From the NCBI RefSeq assembly GCF_006345805.1, contig NC_043003.1:107012001-107076000 (forward strand): 64,000 nt of DNA, written 5' to 3'. The DNA is from Octopus sinensis (taxonomy: Eukaryota). Within the stretch, counting starts at the first letter, position 1; the number at the start of each line of letters is the position of its first letter. Shown one piece after another: positions 60,901 to 64,000 of this stretch. The notes under the pieces were generated by a model, which did not search any database, had not been told where the DNA came from, and saw only the letters and a program-made list of their open reading frames with translations. A program made the translations under genes and the position numbers.

Positions 60901-63687
60901 TCATCATCATCATCATCATTTAGCGTCCGTTTTCCATGCTAGCATGGGTTGGACGGTTCTACTGGGGTCTGTGAAGCCAGAAGGCTTCATCAGGCCCAGT
61001 CAAATCTGGCAGTGTTTCTACGGCTGGATGCCCTTCCTAACGCCAACCACTCCGTGAGTGTAGTGGGTGCTTTTTACGTGCCACCCGCACTGGTGCCAGA
61101 CAGAGCTGGCAAACGGCCACGAACGGATGGTGCTTTTTATGTGCCACCGGCACGAGGGCCAGGCGAGGCTGGCAACGGACACGAAACGGGGCGGTGCTGG
61201 CAACGGTCGCGAAACGGAAAGTTCTCTTACATGCCACCGGCACTGGTAACACATCTGCAATTTCCATTGATCGATTTCCATTGATCGATTTCGATTCTGA
61301 TCCTCACTTGCCTCAATGGGTCTTCACAAGCAGAGTTTCGACATGCCACCGGCACTGGTAGCACATCCGCAATTTCCATTGATCGATTTCGATTCTGATC
61401 CTCACTTGCCTCAACACGTCTTCACAAGTAGAGTTTTGTGTCCCAAGAAGGGAAGGTATGCATACGTAGGCTGGCTCCATCCCATGTACAAGGCCACGGG
61501 TTGTGCACTCACTTGTCCTGCCGGGTCTTCTCGCGCACAGCACACTTCCAGAGGTCTCGGTCTCTAGTCATTTCCTCAGTGAGACCTAAAGTTCGAAGGT
61601 CGTGCTTCACCACCTCGTCCCAGGTTTTCCTGGGTCTGCCTCTTCCACAGGTTCCCTCAACCGCTAGGGTGTGGCACTTTTTCACACAACTATCTTCATC
61701 CATTCTCGCCACATGACCATACCAGCGCAAACGTCTCTCTTGCACACCACAACTGATGCTTCTTAGGTCCAGCTTTTCTCTCAAGGTACTTACACTCTGC
61801 CGAGTGTGAGTACCGGCATTACACATCCATCGGAGCATACTGGCTTCATTTCTAGCGAGCTTACGCATATCCTCAGCAGTCACGGCCATGTTTCACTGCC
61901 ATGTAGCATGGCTGTTCGTACACACGCATCATACAGTCTGCCTTTCACTCTGTGCGAGAGGCCTTTTGTCACCAGCAGAGGTAAGAGCTCTCTGAACTTT
62001 GCCCAAGCTATTCTTACTCTAGCAGTTACACTTTCAGCACACCCGCCCCCGCTGCTGACTTGGTCACCTAGGTAACGGAAACTATCAACTATTTCTAGTT
62101 TTTCTCCCTGGAAAGTGACGGAAGTTGGTCTCAGAGCATTTTCAGTGTTTATTGTTCCTGAGCATCTGCCACATACAAAAACCATCTTCCTAGTTAGCCT
62201 TCCTTTGACATTGCTGCATCTCTTATGTGTCCATAGCTTACACTTGGTGCATCTTATAGAGTTTCTACCTACACCTTTTCTACAGATCGAGCAGGGCCAT
62301 CTACCTGAAGGTGTTTGTGATTTTTCTACCTTCCTACTGATTACGACTTTGGTTTTAGCTAGATTGACTCTGAGGCCCTTCGATTCTAATCCTTGTTTCC
62401 ACACCTGAAACTTCTCCTCCAGTTCTGATAGTGACTCAGCAATTAGAGCAAGGTCATCAGCATAGAGGAGCTCCCAAGGGCATCCTGTCTTGAATTCCTC
62501 CGTTATTGCCTGGAGGACTATGATAAATAGGAGGGGGCTGAGTACTGAGCCTTGGTGGACCCCTACCTCTACCCGGAATTCTTCACTGTACTCATTTCCA
62601 ACCCTCACCCTACTAGCGGCATCCCTATACATGGCCTGCACAGCTCTCACTAACCATTCATCTATCCCTAGTTTTCTCATTGCCCACCAGATAAGGGATC
62701 GGGGGACCCTGTCGAAGGCTTTCTCCATGTCAACAAAAGCCAGGTACAGGGGCTTATCTTTGGCTAGGTATTTCTCCTGCAGCTGCCTTACCAGGAATAT
62801 AGCATCAGTAGTACTTTTCCCTGGCACAAACCCAAACTGCATCTCATCTAAACTAACTCTCTCTCTAATTAGTTGGGCTATGACCCTCTCCGTAACCTTC
62901 ATCACCTGGTCCAACAGCTGATACCTCTGTAGTTATTTGTATCTAGGGCATCACCTTTACCTTTGTAGCAGTTGACTATTATACTGCTACACCAGTCATT
63001 GGGTATGACCCCTTTGTGTATCACCTGATTAACTATATGGGTGACTAGGCTATAGCCGACACTACCAGACATTTTGAGCATCTCTGCAGTGATTCCTGAT
63101 GGGCCTGGGGCTTTCCCTGTCTTCATGCTTCTAATTGCCTTAGCTACCACAGAACTATCAACTTGGATAGCTGGTCCCTCTGTTGGGTCAACATTCAGCA
63201 GACTCTCTTTATCCCATTCATTTTCTTCATTCAGCAACCTTTCATAGTGGCATCTCCAAACCTCTCTCTTTGCATCCTCATTTAGCGCAAGTGAACCATC
63301 TTCCATGCGAACACACTTCTCTCCTACCACATCACGATTCTCTCTCACACACTGTCTTGCAACACGAAACACCTCCAGTCTTTGGTCCTCACGGCGCAGA
63401 ACATTGGCAAATTTTTTCTTATCTGCTTCCCCTCTGGCTAAATAAACCTGTCTCCTAGCTTCTCTTTTGGCAGTCTGATACAATTCCCTGCTACCCCCAT
63501 TTTTCCAGACCTTCCAAGCCTGTCTCTTTTCTCTAATAGCCCTGTCTACAACATTGTTCCACCACCACGTTATTCTAGGTCGAGAGGGGACTTTGCACCA
63601 GCCACAGATCTGGTCAGTGGCTCTCAGCAGGGTGTCCCTTAGAAACGTCCAGCTGTCTTCTACCCCCTGTGATGCTCTATCCCCTTC

Positions 63688-63688
<1 letters not shown>
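60901..63688 (-). mobile_element. RTE-clade LINE, 5'-truncated, two single-base frameshifts
   Basis: ORF pieces 62902..63726, 61880..62914 and 61509..61889; single-base deletions near 62915 and 61885 relative to the other copies; (GAT)n tail. Confidence 0.93.
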
Positions 63689-63724
<36 letters not shown>

Positions 63725-63730
<6 letters not shown>

Positions 63731-63880
63731 GGGCTTCTGTCAGTTTCTGTCTACAAAATCAACTCACAAGGTTTTGGTCAGCCCGGCGATATAGAAGAAA
63801 TGACTTGAATTAAGTGACCTGCAGTGGATGGAATATGTAACCACATGGTAAGGAAGCAAACTTCTTAACTCCACATCCAT
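63725..63880 (-). mobile_element. SINE family A 5' part, diverged
   Basis: GGGCTTCTGTCAGTTTCTGTCTAC..CCACATGG..CTTCTTAAC. Confidence 0.65.
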
Positions 63881-64000
63881 GCCTCTGTGTGTGTGTGTGT
63901 GTGTGTATGAAGGTGTGTGACTAAGTGGTTAGACGTTTTGCCCCTGCAATCTCACAGTTCTGGTTTCAATTCCCAGACTGACTGCACGTTGTGTTCTTAA

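Overview
Eukaryotic, AT-rich DNA made almost entirely of transposable elements and microsatellites. The SINE families, RTE LINEs and repeat style resemble an octopod (cephalopod) genome; this is recalled resemblance, not a database result. No intact multi-exon host gene could be supported, and most ORFs in the track are microsatellite translations or transposon remnants. Recognisable content: four tRNA-headed SINE families (named A-D here), three long RTE-clade LINE copies carrying a PHD-like finger inside the RT region, R4/Dong-like and HERO-like RLE LINE fragments, CR1-like 3' ends, a Gypsy gag-pol fossil split by five insertions, five non-autonomous Helitrons, and mariner, hAT, MULE and piggyBac-like derivatives. 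The most interesting signal is a set of at least six asymmetric fold-back insertions (a long arm plus an inverted partial copy), the layout typical of Penelope-like elements. One is a tRNA-headed SINE whose tail folds into a minimal hammerhead ribozyme (51007-51052). Another carries a hammerhead-shaped motif with a compensatory G3-C8 core swap (29135-29178). SINE multimers flanked by a single target-site duplication are also present. All coordinates were read by eye and may be off by a few bases.
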